A stretch of 64,000 nucleotides of DNA from an uncultured bacterium (lineage in GTDB: Bacteria > Verrucomicrobiota > Verrucomicrobiia > Limisphaerales > UBA8199). A program made the translations under genes and the position numbers. The stretch's first letter is position 1. Each line of letters begins with the position of its first letter. Below the pieces are notes generated by a model, which was not told the DNA's origin, made no database searches, and saw nothing but the letters and a program-made list of their open reading frames with translations. The DNA lies in the NCBI GenBank assembly GCA_963749495.1, contig CAVVMW010000021.1, positions 904,804-968,803 on the forward strand, given 5' to 3'. Positions 32,180 through 45,220 of the stretch are shown here, piece after piece.

Positions 32180-33317
32180 TCTCCAATGCGCCAACGTGAT
32201 TGCCTCGGCATTTTCGGTCTTGGTTTCACAGTCCCGGGCCAGCCTTCGCTGCTTCATGAACCAGCCGAAGGTCCGCTCAACGACCCAGCGCTTGGGCTGG
32301 ACCTGAAAGCCTTGTTGCCCCTTGTTGCCCTGCCAGTCCAGAGACAAACTCCAGGTGCAATCGGCCACGGGGCCGCAGGGCCTTGACCCAATTCACGAAG
32401 AGTCCACGGTAGATCGAATCGGCCCAGATGACCGCCAGTCGCACCCAATCCATGAAGCAGTCGGCCAGCAATTCGACCGCCCCATCGGTATCGGTGATGT
32501 TGCCCGGGGTAACCGTCACCGCCAGCAACAGCCCGAGTGTGTCCACCAGCACGTGTCGTTTCCGACCGTTGATCTTCTTGGCCGCATCGTAACCTCGCGG
32601 CCCACTGTGGTCCGCCGAGCGCACGGTTTGACTGTCCAGGATGGCGGTGGAGGGCTGCGGACGCCGATCTGCTTGGCGCCAAACCATCCGGCGCAACTCC
32701 TTGTGAATGCGCTTCCACGGGCCCAAATGGCGCCAGTTGCGCAGATAGCCGTAAACCGTCTCCCAGGGGCCGAACTCTCTGGGCAGCAACCGCCAGGCAC
32801 AACCGGCTCGCACAAAATAGAACAGGCCGTTGAGGATGAAACGGCGGTCTTTGGGAGGGCGCCCTCTCTTCTTGGCCTTGGGGAGCAGGGGGTTAAGCAG
32901 CTCCCATTGCTCGTCGGTCAAATCCGTCGGATACAAATAACTCTTTAGCATCCTGCCAGGCTGCGAGAGGCGCCTGGACAAACGCTGTCCTACCCACAAG
33001 GTAGTTTGACTGCCTCCCAAGAACGGCATCTACCTCCGAAAACCCAGGAATCTCCTTATCCCCTTCCGTCTAGGGGCTTCCCGGCAAAATCCCTGTGGGT
33101 TCTTTCACTCTGGCCGCAAGCAATCGATGGCCGACTAATCCAGTCACACGCCCCCAAGAGGCCGTTGGGAGCGACCTGACAGGAGGTTTTAGGAGCTGAT
33201 TGCGGCTGTTAGTGCCACACAAGGCCACGGCGGCCCTCGACCACATCGGGAGGGGAAAGCCGCTAGAGTAAAGGGGATAAGCAAAACCCAGGAAAATGCG
33301 TTTTTAAAACACGCTCT
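32180..33317 (-). mobile_element. IS5-family (IS1031/IS427-like) element, 3'-truncated; transposase 32951 to ~32180 with frameshift at ~32320
   Basis: YPTDLTDEQW, GCAWRLLP.EFGPWETVY, ILDSQTV, GYDAAKKINGRKRHVLVDTLG, WADS, RWVVERTFGW; left-end-like agagcgtgtttt (rc) at 33317. Confidence 0.85.
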
Positions 33318-33433
33318 AAGGCGATTGCTCTTGCGCGAACGTCTTCAAACCTCACGGCCAGTTATCAGTCTTCATTCAATAAAGAGGAAACAGGGACCGG
33401 AGGTTTCACGCCAACGACGGGCGCACTCCCGCC

Positions 33434-34102
33434 TCAACGTGGCGCCCGCAGAACCTCGATGGACGGAAACGGTTGATCCTTGCCGTAGGTCCGCCGCAGT
33501 CGCTCCACCCGCGCCCAGGTGGCGCGCCAGAACTCGGTCTCGGCATCCCACCGCGCCAGCGCACTACCCAACCGGCAGGGTGTGCTCTCCGCCAGCCAGG
33601 CCCGGCGATAGAGTCCGCGCAAGCCGGCGACCGCGTCCACCAGGTCCGCGAACATCCCGTGGTCTTGCGCGTTCATTTGATTGCTGATGTAAAGATTCAC
33701 CAACGCCGGATCGGGGTTGGCCTTGAGTTCGCGGAAGTAACCGGCCCATTCGACCGCGTAGAGGTCCTCCATGCCCAGGTAATCGAACAGCCGTGCCGCC
33801 AGCAGGAGCGTCGGGAGCGTGGGCTCGCCCGGCATCGAGCGCAGCGCCCGGAGCGTCCGTTCCTCAGCGCTCTCGGCCAGCAGCCGCGCCGTGCGGCACT
33901 CCGCCTGGTGCCGTTCCAGCCGTGCCAGGCGGCCCGGTTCGAGCGGGTCGGCCCAGAACCCGTGTTGGGTGCCGCTCTCGGCGATGCGCTCGAACATCTC
34001 CTCGACCGTGGAGAGTTCCTCGAGCGCGGGCGCCACTTCGGCGGCGACTGCGGCGGGATAAACCAGGGCCGCGTAATCCGCGAAAAATCGGTTCGTGTCC
34101 AC
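33434..34102 (-). pseudogene. C-terminal fragment of a GH20-like beta-N-acetylhexosaminidase
   Basis: FWADP..ARLLAESAEE..LAARLFDYLG..YRRAWLAESTP.RLGSALARWD resembles the helical C-terminus of such enzymes; no catalytic barrel upstream. Confidence 0.5.
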
Positions 34103-35047
34103 CGGCCCGAACTGCCAGCCGGGCCTACAAATCGCTGGGCGTCCTCAACACCGGCTGGACCCGGGAGGAAGCCGACCGGAATCGCACAATCCGCTATCAG
34201 ATAATAACTTGTAAAGGAAGAACACCAACGGAACGCTATGGCCACAAAAGTCCGTTGGATCGCTGGCCGAAGCGGCTTTTTTAAACAGCCGACAGATGGC
34301 CTTTGAAAGGTGGGCAGGGCGATGAGTTGGCGGTTTTTCGGGGGCACTTTCTCAAAGCAGCCTTGAGGAGCCCGCAGTCCTTCGCGAACCGTTTTGTGAT
34401 GCTCATGCAGCGCATGGGAGAGCGACTGGAGCCAAGGCTAGCGCAGAATCGACCGATGTTCGTCGGTTAGCGACTTGAACTGAAGGAGCTGAGCCACGGC
34501 CCGGATCTCCGACTGGCAGCTCCACCCCTCAAGCCCCTCGGGGATGCGGCATCGGAGGCACACGCCGGACCGGAGGCATTTGTCCAATCCAATGACCAGG
34601 TCGGAGGTATTTGGAAGTCGGTCAGGGCGAGGGCCCGGGCCAGCAGGATAGCGCAGTTGAGCACGTTGCGGTCGTGGTCCTCTCAGATCCCTCGAACAAG
34701 TTTTGCGCCCCTGCCACCCGCATTCCGCAATATCCGTCCAGCGGCCCGCATTGCCGGGTCATTCGGTCGGGCATTCACCGTCCTTCTTTCGTTTGGCGCG
34801 GTTTGGAATGGCGGCGTCCGACCGCATCCTCAAAGCGGCCCGCGGTGCTCCGCACCCACCGGAGTGCCCGTGGAGGTGCCTGCGAAGTGAGAGTTTTGCA
34901 TGAGAGCCCTCGCCCGCCCGGGAACGTGTTTGTCACCACTGTAGCCTCGGCATGCGTAGCATTCTCATCCTGGCCGTGCTGCGCCTCGTCGATGGCCGGG
35001 ACAAACCTCAGTGAGCAAAAGAAGAAAGGAGAACTAATGGTGACTGG

Positions 35048-36322
35048 TCAGCAGAATGTATGGGTAAGTCGAGGCTCAGGTAAGCGGCCAAGGCAATGAT
35101 ACAGGGCCAATTCCATGGCTGGATAGGTGCGGAAGCCGTAAGATCGTCTGGTTACCACTCGAATCTTGTTGTTCAGGCCCTCGACGGCGGCGCTGGAGAG
35201 CTCACCTTTGGCCTCGAACCAATTCAAGATCAACGGCTCATGGGCGCGCAGCATCCGGGCCACCTTCTTCATTGGTTCGAGCCGGCTGCGCATGGCTCGA
35301 GCGCACCAATAACCCAGATAGGCCACCACATAGATCGGAGAACGGTAGTGCCAAAGGTAGTCGAAGCTCTCCTTGAGGTTCCAGGCCCGTGCCGTCGCCA
35401 GCTTGCTGGCCAACAGGGCGTTGAGCTTGGAGCGGGCACGGCCCCGCACCCGGCTGCCCCGGCGCAACAACTGCCAGCGCATGCCCTTGAGCCGCTGAGC
35501 CAGGGGCCGGCCGTGCAAGCGCGACTGCTCGCCCCGGCGCACCTCGTCCACCGCCTCGTTGAGGTGCCCCACGATATGAAAGCGGTCCAGCACGTTGAGC
35601 GCCTGCGGTATCTTGGCCGCGATCACCTTCAGGTAGGGCTTCCACATGTCGCTGCACACATACTTCAGAGCGCTGACCACCGGGGCTCCCAATTCTGCCA
35701 AGCCCCGCCGCAACGTGGCTTGAGTGCGCCGCCGACCCAGCCACAGCAAGCGCCGACAGTGGGGGTCAATCTGGTAAATCACCGTCAGGAAGTTGTCGGC
35801 CTTCTGGCCCTTGCCCCAATGGATCTCGTCCACTCCGATGGCCTCCACACCCTCCAGGCGCCGGTGCTCCAAACCCCATTGGACGAACCACTGCACCGAA
35901 CGGTAGACGGCCTCCCAACTGGTGTGGAAGGCCTGGGCGGTTTCCTTCCAGGACAGCCGCCGGGCCCACCGGGCCAAGAGGCCCATCATCGCCGTCGTCA
36001 CCGGCCGCTTGCCCTGGCTCCAGGGGATATGCTCGACGACCACCCCGTCCTGCGGACAATTGACCCGCCGCGGGGGGTAGAGGAAATAGGTCTTGACGCC
36101 CCACATCGGCGGAAACAGCCAGGACCGCTGGGGCAACTGATCATAGCCGGGGACTGGCTGCAGGCACCGGGAGCACTTGGCGGGAATGCCGCCATGGGGT
36201 TGGAGGGTGATCTCGAGCCGCCGGCCACGGCCTCGGCGGTCCCGGCACAAGCGGATGTCCTGGTAAACGAAGCCCACAAAGTGTTGAATGTCGTTGAGAA
36301 CCGTCTTAACCTTCAATTGCAT
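35048..36322 (-). CDS. ISL3 family transposase
   Basis: CSRC..RVNC zinc finger, IGVDEI, CSDMWKPY, LDRFHIV, EGLNNKIRVVTRRSYGFR. Confidence 0.96.
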   Translation of the reverse strand: MQLKVKTVLNDIQHFVGFVYQDIRLCRDRRGRGRRLEITLQPHGGIPAKCSRCLQPVPGYDQLPQRSWLFPPMWGVKTYFLYPPRRVNCPQDGVVVEHIPWSQGKRPVTTAMMGLLARWARRLSWKETAQAFHTSWEAVYRSVQWFVQWGLEHRRLEGVEAIGVDEIHWGKGQKADNFLTVIYQIDPHCRRLLWLGRRRTQATLRRGLAELGAPVVSALKYVCSDMWKPYLKVIAAKIPQALNVLDRFHIVGHLNEAVDEVRRGEQSRLHGRPLAQRLKGMRWQLLRRGSRVRGRARSKLNALLASKLATARAWNLKESFDYLWHYRSPIYVVAYLGYWCARAMRSRLEPMKKVARMLRAHEPLILNWFEAKGELSSAAVEGLNNKIRVVTRRSYGFRTYPAMELALYHCLGRLPEPRLTHTFC

Positions 36323-36435
36323 AGCTGGTCTGCCGCTCGGTGGCGGGCGTGCTTTTCACATCTCGCAGGCTACCGCAAGCCAGGCAGATCAGCTATCGCT
36401 TTGTGGCGCTGGGCAGCCCTCCGAGCCAAGCACAC

Positions 36436-36581
36436 CTTCACCAGCAATTCCTTAGCGGCGCATCATGGCGGAGGGCGGGGCTGTCAAGGTGGAGCGCAGC
36501 AGGGCACGAGGGCACGTGGCGAGCAATACCTTGACAGCCCCGCCCGGAGCCATACCCTGGCCGCGCCGGAATTGCTTGAAG
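36436..36581. promoter_or_regulatory. Long hairpin containing TTGACA within the ISL3 left end
   Basis: Perfect 18-bp IR gggcggggctgtcaaggt (36473-36490) / accttgacagccccgccc (36528-36545), extended by atggc/gccat, agcaattcc/ggaattgct and cttca/tgaag. Confidence 0.6.
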
Positions 36582-36723
36582 TCCTTCTCCGGCCGTTAGG
36601 CCGCTCGATTCGTCGCGGAGCGTGCCGCGGGATGTTCCACGACCGCCCAACTCACCAACGTCAACCCTCCGAACTGAACACGTGTCCAGATGTTTCACCC
36701 ACAAATTGTGCGGGGGACCCCTA

Positions 36724-37959
36724 ATGGTTATGTTGGGCTATATCCTCAAAATCCACGGGGCGCAGTTCTGGCAGGCGCGGTTCCTGAACGGGGTTGGCAA
36801 GAAGGTCCAGCGCAGCACCCGGACGAAAGACCGCAGGCAGGCCGAGGCGATCCTGGCAGGTTCGGGCCTTACAGACCCATCTGGAGCGCCAGGCCGGCCT
36901 CTGCCAGGTCAGGGTCAGGCGGGTCTCTGCCGAGATGTCGCGGCTGGTTGGCGGAGACACTACTCCAGTGGCGACCTACCAAGCCGCCCGTGACGCCTTC
37001 CTGGCGCGGAGCAAGGCGATGGGTCAGGAGACCTACATCAACCGCAGGAGCGCGCTCAAGAGCTTCGACGCTTACTTGGACCAGCTCGGCTCGGCTGGAG
37101 ACGTAAGCATCCCGTTGGACGACGTGTCGCGGCCGATGGTAGCGGGTTACCGCGACTTCTGCCTCGCCAAAGGCCAGACGCCCGGAACGGTCAGGCAGAG
37201 GCTGGAGGTGCTGCACCTGCTTTGGGAGGAGACCATACGGGACGGCCTTGCCAGACACAACCCGGTGACAGGGGTGCTGGTCAAGCAACCTAAGCCCCGG
37301 GTCAACGTGAAGGTCCAGAAGCGCGTGGCTTTGTCGATGGCCGAGGGCATCAGACTGGTGGACGTCGCGGCGGTGGATGAGTTGGTCGCGGTGGTCATGG
37401 GACTGGACACCGGGGCGCGCATCGGAGACGCCTTAGGGATGGAGGCGCAAAAAGTGGACCTAGACGAGGGCAAGATCCAGTTTTGGGTTGAAAAGTCGGA
37501 TGTTTGGCACACGGTCTATCTCTTTCCACCGGCGGTTGAGTTTCTGCGCGAATTTTTCGGCTATCACCATCCCGCCCGGCTCGACCGCGACCTCATGCAC
37601 GGCGACTCCAGGTTCTTGATGCCATCCCTGGGTGTGGCCTCGGCCCGGAGGTCAGCGCTGCCGAACACAAGTCGGCCTTGACTGCCGCCGACGATGCGAT
37701 CAGCGCCTTGGTGGAGCGGGCCGGGATCGGGGAGTGGGTGACGCGCCCCTCGGGCAGCAGATTCCACACGGTCCGCTACCATGTGTTCCGGATCACAAAC
37801 AACAACGCGTTGAAGATGGACGGCGTCACGACGGAATGGGTTATGGCGCGCATGTGCCAGAAGAGCAAGAAGGCCAACGAGGCTTACGACCGCTCTGACG
37901 AGCACAACGTCAGGAAGGCGGTGTTTGGCCAACTCGGTATCCTTCACAAGCAGGATTGA
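36724..37959 (+). CDS. Tyrosine recombinase/integrase; 2 apparent frameshifts (~36860, ~37675)
   Basis: N-term WQARF..GKKVQRSTRTKDRRQA; core-binding domain ..HNPV; catalytic TGARIGD (R), VEKS (K), YHVFR (HxxR), NEAY (Y); usual GH replaced by CQ. Confidence 0.85.
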
Positions 37960-38257
37960 TCCGCTACTCGACGCGGCGGTTGATGGGGGTCCGGCTCGGC
38001 TACGAACCGCAGCCTCCGACCCGCCAGATGACACTGGATGGGTTCATTTGATCGCGACCTCGGTGCCCTGGGAGGGAGGGTTTCGATGAGAGGCCCACCC
38101 TCCTTTGCAGGACAGATGTGGCGCAGAGGCTTCGGGTTCAGCTCCCTTGCAGGGGAGCACGCCCCTGCCGCACCGGTCAACGTCCTTAGCCCCGGTGCCG
38201 AGGTAGTGCGCTATTCAAAGACCATTCAGGCCACAATCTGGCCGGCCAAGCCCGGGC

Positions 38258-38286
38258 TTGACACAGGGCCCCGTTTGGGGTCAAAT
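38258..38286 (+). promoter_or_regulatory. Candidate sigma70 promoter of the surface-protein array
   Basis: TTGACA-17 nt-TCAAAT about 230 bp upstream of the first array gene; -10 is weak. Confidence 0.3.
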
Positions 38287-38513
38287 GCCGGCGCAATCGA
38301 GCTGCTCGAAATCAGCAAGCATCGGTTCAGGGCTTACTTCTTTTCGCGGGCGAACTCCCTTGCCAGTCGGATGGACCTGACAGCGGCATGGCTGAGCGTG
38401 AAGGTGGCGGGGCTTGGGGCTTTTACACGACCTCGGCGCCCGATGCAGGTCCGCACGCTTCGTCCCGTCTCGTCCGGCTGTTCCCCACGGTTATCGCCAA
38501 AATCCAGGAGGGT

Positions 38514-41500
38514 ATGAACACACGACCTTTGAACCAACGGCTCGGATTCAGAAATGGCATTGCGCGCGTCAACGTTCGTCCGCTGCTTTATGAACGCATT
38601 GCGGCCGGGCTGGCGGCGGTCCTCCTGGCTTGGCCGGGGTGGCCTCCGCAAACCGCTGTGGCCCAGCAGCCCACTGGAACCTTTGTCAGTTGGGGCAATC
38701 AGATCACGCCGTGGGAGCCAACCGGCGCGCGCTACAAGGCCATCGCGGCGGGAGCTGAGTTTAGCCTGGCCCTCAGGTGGGATGGGGTGGTCGTGGCCTG
38801 GGGAGACGACACCTACGGCCAGTCGGGCGTGCCCGCGGATTTGGGCGGCGTGATTGCCATCGCGGCGGGGGGCTCTCACAGCCTGGCGCTCAAGCGGGAT
38901 GGCACGGTCGTCGCCTGGGGGGCGGGCGGGCCCGGACAAGCAGGGGATCAGAACTACGGCCAAGCGACCGTGCCCAGCGGTTTGAGCGGCGTAGTGGCTA
39001 TCGCGGCCGGAGGCTCTCACAGCCTGGCGCTTAGGCAGGACGGGACGGTCGTGGCGTGGGGACTCAACGGCAATGGTCAAGCCAGTGTACCGACCGGTTT
39101 GAGCGGGGTGATCGCCATTGCCGCGGGAGCGGCCTACAGCCTGGCGCTCCAGCAGGACGGCACGGTCGTCGCTTGGGGAGACAATTACTACGGGGAGGCG
39201 ACAGTCCCCGCAGACCTGATGGGCAGGGGCGTGGTTGCCATCGCGGCGGGCCCGGACCATGCTCTGGCGCTCCAGAAGGACGGCACGGTCGTGGCGTGGG
39301 GCCTGGGCGGGCCGGGGGGGCAGCCGGGCTATCCGAATTGCGGCCAGGCGACCGTGCCGAGCGGTTTGGGTGGCGTAGTGGCCATCGCCGCGGGGTACTT
39401 GCACAGCCTGGCGCTCAAACAGGACGGGACGGTCGTCGCCTGGGGCGCAGGGTGGCAAGCAGACGGTCAGGACTATGGTCAGGCGGCGGTGCTCACCGTA
39501 GTGGCCGCGCCCAGCCTGACTGCCTTGCCCACAAACCGCATCGCCAGTGCCGGGGCAACGGTGGATTTCGCCGTGGAGGCCGCCGGCACCGCCCCGCTGG
39601 CCTATCAGTGGCTTTTCAACCGCACCAACGCCCTCACGGGCGCCACCAACGCGATCCTGGAATTGACCAGCGCTCAGGCCGGGCAAAGCGGGGCCTATGA
39701 CGTCCTCGTCACCAACCTGGGCGGGGCGGTGGCCAGTCCGCCCGCGGTGCTGACGGTGATGGCGCCGCCGAGCCTGGTCAGTATGCCCGTCAGCTATACC
39801 ACCTACGCTGGCGCCAGCATCGAGTTCGCTGTCGGCGCGGTCGGCGCTCCTCCCCTGGGCTACCAATGGTGCTTCAACGCGACCAATGCGCTGGCCGACG
39901 CCACCAATGCAGTCCTGGATCTGGCGGACGTCCAACTGTCTCAGGCCGGCGTGTATGTCGTGGTGGTGACCAATCCTTTCGGAGCGGTGACCAGCGCGCC
40001 GGCCACGCTGGCTTTTGCCGGTCCTGTCGTGATCGAGCCTCGGAGCTGGCTCTGCGCTACGCGCTGACGGCCGGCCCGTCTGTCTCCTTCGCCTGCGACG
40101 GGACGATCAGCCTGACCAACCAGATTATGATCACCAACGATACGGTGCTCGATGGCACGGGACACGAAGTTACGATTGCCTGTGCCAGTCCGCCCGGTGC
40201 CTTTGGCGGCACCAATCGCATTTTCTATGTCTGCTCGAACGTCACCTTCACTGCCATCAACGTCACCATGGCCAATGGTTCCGCGCGGACATTCGACCCG
40301 TTCGGTTCCCCCGCCGGCGTGAGCGGTGGGGCCATCCTGAACGACGGCGGGGTCCTGAACCTGCGCAACGTTTCTTTCCTGACCAATTGGGCCATGGTCG
40401 GCGGGGGGGCCCTCGCCAGCCGCAATGGTGGCACGGCCAATGCCTCCAATTGCACGTTCGCGGGGAACTCCGTCGGGGGTCTTTTCCAGAACGGCGCCCC
40501 GGCCTACGGCGGGGCGATTCTAAACGAAGGTGGTCAGATGAGCCTCCGCGCCTGTGTGCTCCGTGGCAACAGTGCGCTGGCCGGCTACAGTGACATGACG
40601 CGCGACGGTTTCGGTGGCGCGATCCAAAACGAAGGCAACCTGACCGTCAGTGACTGCCTGTTCCGCGACAATGCGGTCACCGGCGGCGCCGGCTTCACGG
40701 TGTACCAGCAAATGGGGGTCTCAGGCTTTCCAGGCGGCTCTGGCTTCGGGGGCGCCATCTGCAACCTCGGAACTCTGGTCTTATCAAGCAGCACCGTCAT
40801 GAGCAATAGCGCCAGCGGCGGCGGCGGCGGCAGGGGCAACCCCGGTGGGGTCGATGGCCATACGGGCATGCCGGTTGACAGCGGGGGCGGCGGCTCGGGC
40901 GGCCCCGGCTATGGCGGCGGGCTCTTCAACGGTGGCACCGCCAGCTTGATCAACAGCACCTTGGGCGGCAACCTTGGCGCCGGTGGCGGCGGCGGCAGCG
41001 GCGGGCCTCCAATCACGGTTTACGTTTGGGTCTCCTGGAAGCAAGCCTACGAGGAGGACACGATCCCTGCCGCCCCAAACGGCGCCAGCGGGTCGGGTTT
41101 TGGCGGTATCTACTCGACTAACGCCGCGCTCCGCCTGACAAACTGCACGGTCGCTTTCAACACGGCCTCTGGCGGCACCGATTACTGGACGCGGGTGGTT
41201 GCCGGCGTGTCTGTGACCGGGGCCTTCATGGTCAACACGCTGCTGGCCTCCAATTCTCCCGGGGGCAATGCCTCCGGCCCTATTGTGGACGGGGGCCACA
41301 ACTTGAGCTCTGATGCCTCCTGTGCGTTCACCGATCCCACCAGCTTGAGCAACACCGATCCCTTGCTCGGTCCCTTGGCCGACAACGGCGGGCCGACCTT
41401 GACGATGGCGCTGCTCGCCGGCAGCCCGGCCATCGGCGCCGCGGACAGCGCCTCCGCCCCGCCGACCGACCAGCGCGGCTTCCCGCGGCCGACGGGCTCT

Positions 41501-41791
41501 GCCGACATCGGGGCCTGTGAATTCGGCTACCCGCCAATCCTGGCCGCCGGACGGCCACCGGAAGGCGGGGTCGACCTCTCCGTCAGTGGCCGTGCGGGCC
41601 AAGTCTGCCGGTTGCTCGCCAGCCCCAACCTGGTGAACTGGACGGCCATCGCCACAAACTCGTTCAGCTCGAGCGGCAGATTTCTCTTCCATGACCCCGC
41701 CGGCGCCGGCCAAGGGCAGCGGTTTTACCGCGCCGTGATGCCTTTAACGGGGGTTCACCGCCATGCGGCGCTTACCATTGTCACCTTATGA
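38514..41791 (+). CDS. Array gene 1: RCC1 propeller + 2 Ig + Gly-rich beta-helix/choice-of-anchor Q + RFYR tail; frameshift at ~40035
   Basis: RBS aggaggg; signal-like segment; IAAGxxHSLALKxDGTVVAWG repeats; YQWxFN Ig; DPLLGPLADNGGPTLTMALL..SPAIGA..DQRG..DIGA; QRFYRAVMP. Confidence 0.85.
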
Positions 41792-44700
41792 ATCACCTTA
41801 TAAGCTCAACAACTAGACTTGGATTCCGCGAAAGCCCCGATTCGCTTGCGCGAATGCATAGGGACCGCGAACCGGATGGAGGCTCCTGCCACGCTTGTGT
41901 CGTGGAGTGCGCTCCCGATGCACCGGGATCGCTTTCGCCCGCCGGGGGCAGTTCGAAAGCGGCACAGGCGCGCCGCACTCCAAAACCTGGCGGAGGACGG
42001 GCGTTCATGGAAAGCGCGGGCCGTCAACGGCGCGGGGCCGTGCCAGGGGGGCTGACCCGCAGGTTGGCCGTGGCGCTGGCTCTCACGCTGGCCGGCGGCG
42101 CGTCCGCCCAAACCTATAAGGTGCTCAAGAGCTTCACCGGCAGTGATGGCAACAGTCCGCAGGCGGGCTTGGTCCTGGCGGGCAGCGCGCTCTATGGGAC
42201 TGCCTGGGGCTCCTACCTCAACGCCGGTGTCTGGTACGTCAACAATGGCGTGGTCTTCAAGGTCAACACCGACGGCTCGGGCTACACCATGCTCAAGAGC
42301 TTCACCGGCAGTGACGGCAGCCTTCCGCAGGGGGACCTGGTGCTGGCGGGCGATACCCTCTATGGCACAGCCTATGCCGGCGGGGCCTCGGGCTGGGGCG
42401 TGGTCTTCAGAATGAGCATCGACGGGTCGGGCTACACGGTGCTCAACAACTTCACCAATGGCACCGAGGGCAGCGGTCCCAACGGGGGCATGGTCTTGGC
42501 GGGAAGCACGCTCTATGGGACAACGTACTGGACAACGTACTATGGGGTCCCTTCGGGCGAGGGCGTGGTCTTCAAGTTGAACACCGACGGGTCGGGCTTT
42601 GCCGTCCTCAAGAGCTTCACCGGCAGTGACGGGGCCAACCCGTACAGGTGGCCTGGTTCTGGCGGGCAGTACGCTCTATGGGACGACGAGTCAAGGCGGC
42701 AGCTCGGGTAATGGCGTCGTCTTCCGGGTGAACACCGACGGGTCCGGCTACGCCGTGCTCAAGAGCTTCACCGGCGGCACCGACGGCGCCTACGTGTCTG
42801 GTAGCCTGGTTCTGGCGGGCAGTACGCTCTACGGGACGGCGGGTGGCGGCGGCAGCTCGGGTCATGGCGTCGTCTTCCGGGTGAACACCGTCGGGTCGGG
42901 CTTCGCCGTGGTCAGGAGCTTCACCGGCAGCGACGGCGGCTACCCGTTCGGGGGCCTGCTCCTGGCGGGCACCACGCTCTACGGGGCCACGACTTATGGC
43001 GGCAGCCAAGGCAATGGCGTCCTCTTCAAGCTGAACACCGACGGGTCGGGCTATACAGTGCTTAACAGCTCCGCCGGCGGCAGCGACGGCGAGCTCTCCG
43101 TATGGTGGCCTGCTTCTGGCGGGCAGCTCGCTGTATGGGACGACATGGAACGGCGGCAGTTCGGGCGGTGGCGTCGTCTTCAGTTTGAGGAGCGCCGCCG
43201 CGCCGGCCATAGTTCTGGGCCCGCAAGGCCAGACCGTTGTGGCCGGGGATAACGTTGCTCTCAGCGTCCAAGACGGCAGCATCGGGCCGGCGTACCAGTG
43301 GGTTTTCAACGGCACCAATGCCATTGCGGGCGCGACCAACTCGGTCCTGCAACTGACCAATGTCCAGCCTGCCCAATCGGGGGCTTATGCCGTCATCGTG
43401 ACCAATGACTACGGCGCCGTGACCAGCGCGCCAGCCATCCTCGAGCTAATGGCTCGGGGCACGACCCCGGTGGCCAGTTGTACGGAGGTGGCCTTGCGGG
43501 CCGCGATGGCGGGGCCAGGACCGGTCACCTTCGCTTGCGATGGCACGATCACCCTGACCAACACGCTGACCATTTCCAGCAATATCGTGCTGGATGGCAG
43601 CGGCCACACCATCACGATCAGCGGCGGCAATTCTGTCCGCCTCTTCACGGTGAGCTCCAACGTCACGTTCTCGGTCCTCAACCTGACCATCGCCAATGGC
43701 CTGGCCCCAGATGGGCAGGGCGGGGCAATCCTCAACGCGGGCGGAGTCCTCAACGCCACCAACTGCGCCTTCACCGGCAACCTGGCCACCAATGTGAGCG
43801 GCGGCCCGGCCCAAGGCGGGGCCATTTTCAGTGCCAATGGGCAAGTCGCGCTATACCATTGCACCTTTACGGGCAACGCCGCCTCCGGAGGCGGAGGGGG
43901 CGATGGCTGCGGCGGTGCGGTTTATAGCAGCGGCAGTCTTGGGGCCTGGCTCTGCGCCTTCATCGGGAATTCGGCTACCGGCGGGGCAGGTTGGCTTGGC
44001 ATCAGCTACCCCCAGGGGGGGCCCCCGCTGTGGCCCGGCCCCGGCGGCAGCGCCCTCGGCGGAGCCATTTGCAGCCTTGGCCAAATGACAGTCGCCGCCA
44101 TTACCTTTGCCAGCAACTCGGTCACGGGCGGCCCCGGCGGCGGGGGGGCCTTCATACCGCCCACAGGGGACGCAGGGGGCGGCTTTGGCGCGCCCGGCGG
44201 CCCCGGCAATGGCGGCGCGATCTTTAATGGCGGGGCGGCAACGGTGTCCGCAAGCACGTTTGCCTGGAACCTGGCCACCGGGGGCGCAGGAGGCCCGGGC
44301 GGCGACGGCTACAGCGGAGGCAGCGGGGCCTACGGCGGCGGCGGCAACAGCGGCGCGCTCTTTAGCGGTGGAGTCGCGAGGATTTCCAATTGCACGTTCG
44401 CCTCCAACACGGGCGCTGGGGGCGCTGGCGGCGGGGGCGGGGGCGGCATGTCGATATCGGGTGCTCGCGTCCCGACTCGCGACGGCAATGGCGGCAACGG
44501 TGGTCCCGGCGTTGGAGCCATCTGCGATACAAACCGCCTGTGCTTCCTGACCAACTGCACCCTGGCCCTCAACTCGGCCTCCGGCGGGGCCGGTGGCGCC
44601 GCTGGCGCGTCGTTCCCTCCCACTTACCAGGGCTGGGCGGCTGGGGCCCTCCAGACAGCCGGCGCCACCCTCGTCAATACCCTGCTGGCTGGCAATGCCC

Positions 44701-45185
44701 CCAGCAATTGCGGCGGGGCCCTCACCGATGCCGGCCACAACCTCAGTTCGGATGCCTCGTGCGCCTTTACCGACCCTACAAGCTTGAACAGCACCGATCC
44801 CCTGCTCGGCCCGTTAGTCGACAACGGCGGGCCCACCCTGACCATGGCGCTGCTCCCCGGCAGCCCGGCCATCGGCGCCGCCGACAGCGCCTCCGCCCCG
44901 CCGACCGACCAGCGCCGCTATCCCCGGCCAGCCGGCCCGGCAGACATCGGGGCTTGCGAATTCGGCTACCCGCCAATCCTCGCTGCTGCCCAGCCGCCGG
45001 AAGGCGGTGTGGACATTTCCGTGAGCGGCCGCGCCGGCCAGACCTGCCGATTGCTCGCCAGCCCCGACCTGGTGAGCTGGACGGCTATCGCCACAAACTC
45101 CTTCGGCCCGAGCGGCGTCTTTGTTCTCCATGACCCAGCCGGGGCCGGCCAAACGCAGAGGTTTTACCGCGCCGTAATGCCTTGA
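41788..45185 (+). CDS. Array gene 2: Gloeo_Verruco (TIGR03803-like) repeats + Ig + beta-helix/choice-of-anchor Q + RFYR tail; frameshifts at ~42645 and ~43100
   Basis: LYGTT..GG..GVVFKVNTDGSGYxVLKSF repeats; same C-terminal block as genes 1 and 5. Confidence 0.85.
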
Positions 45186-45220
45186 ACGAGCGTCCACGGC
45201 CATCCGGCACTTATCAGCCT

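Larger units (their letters stand above)
35042..36720 (-). mobile_element. ISL3-family insertion sequence
   Basis: Left IR rc gggtcccccgcacaatttgtgggt ending at 36720; right IR gcagaatgtatgggt overlaps the transposase stop, but its outer bases do not match. Confidence 0.8.

Noticed and set aside
36724..37959. Classical integron integrase IntI with attC cassettes
   Set aside because: No IntI-specific insertion evident, the gene is co-oriented with the array, and no attC-like palindromes were seen between genes.
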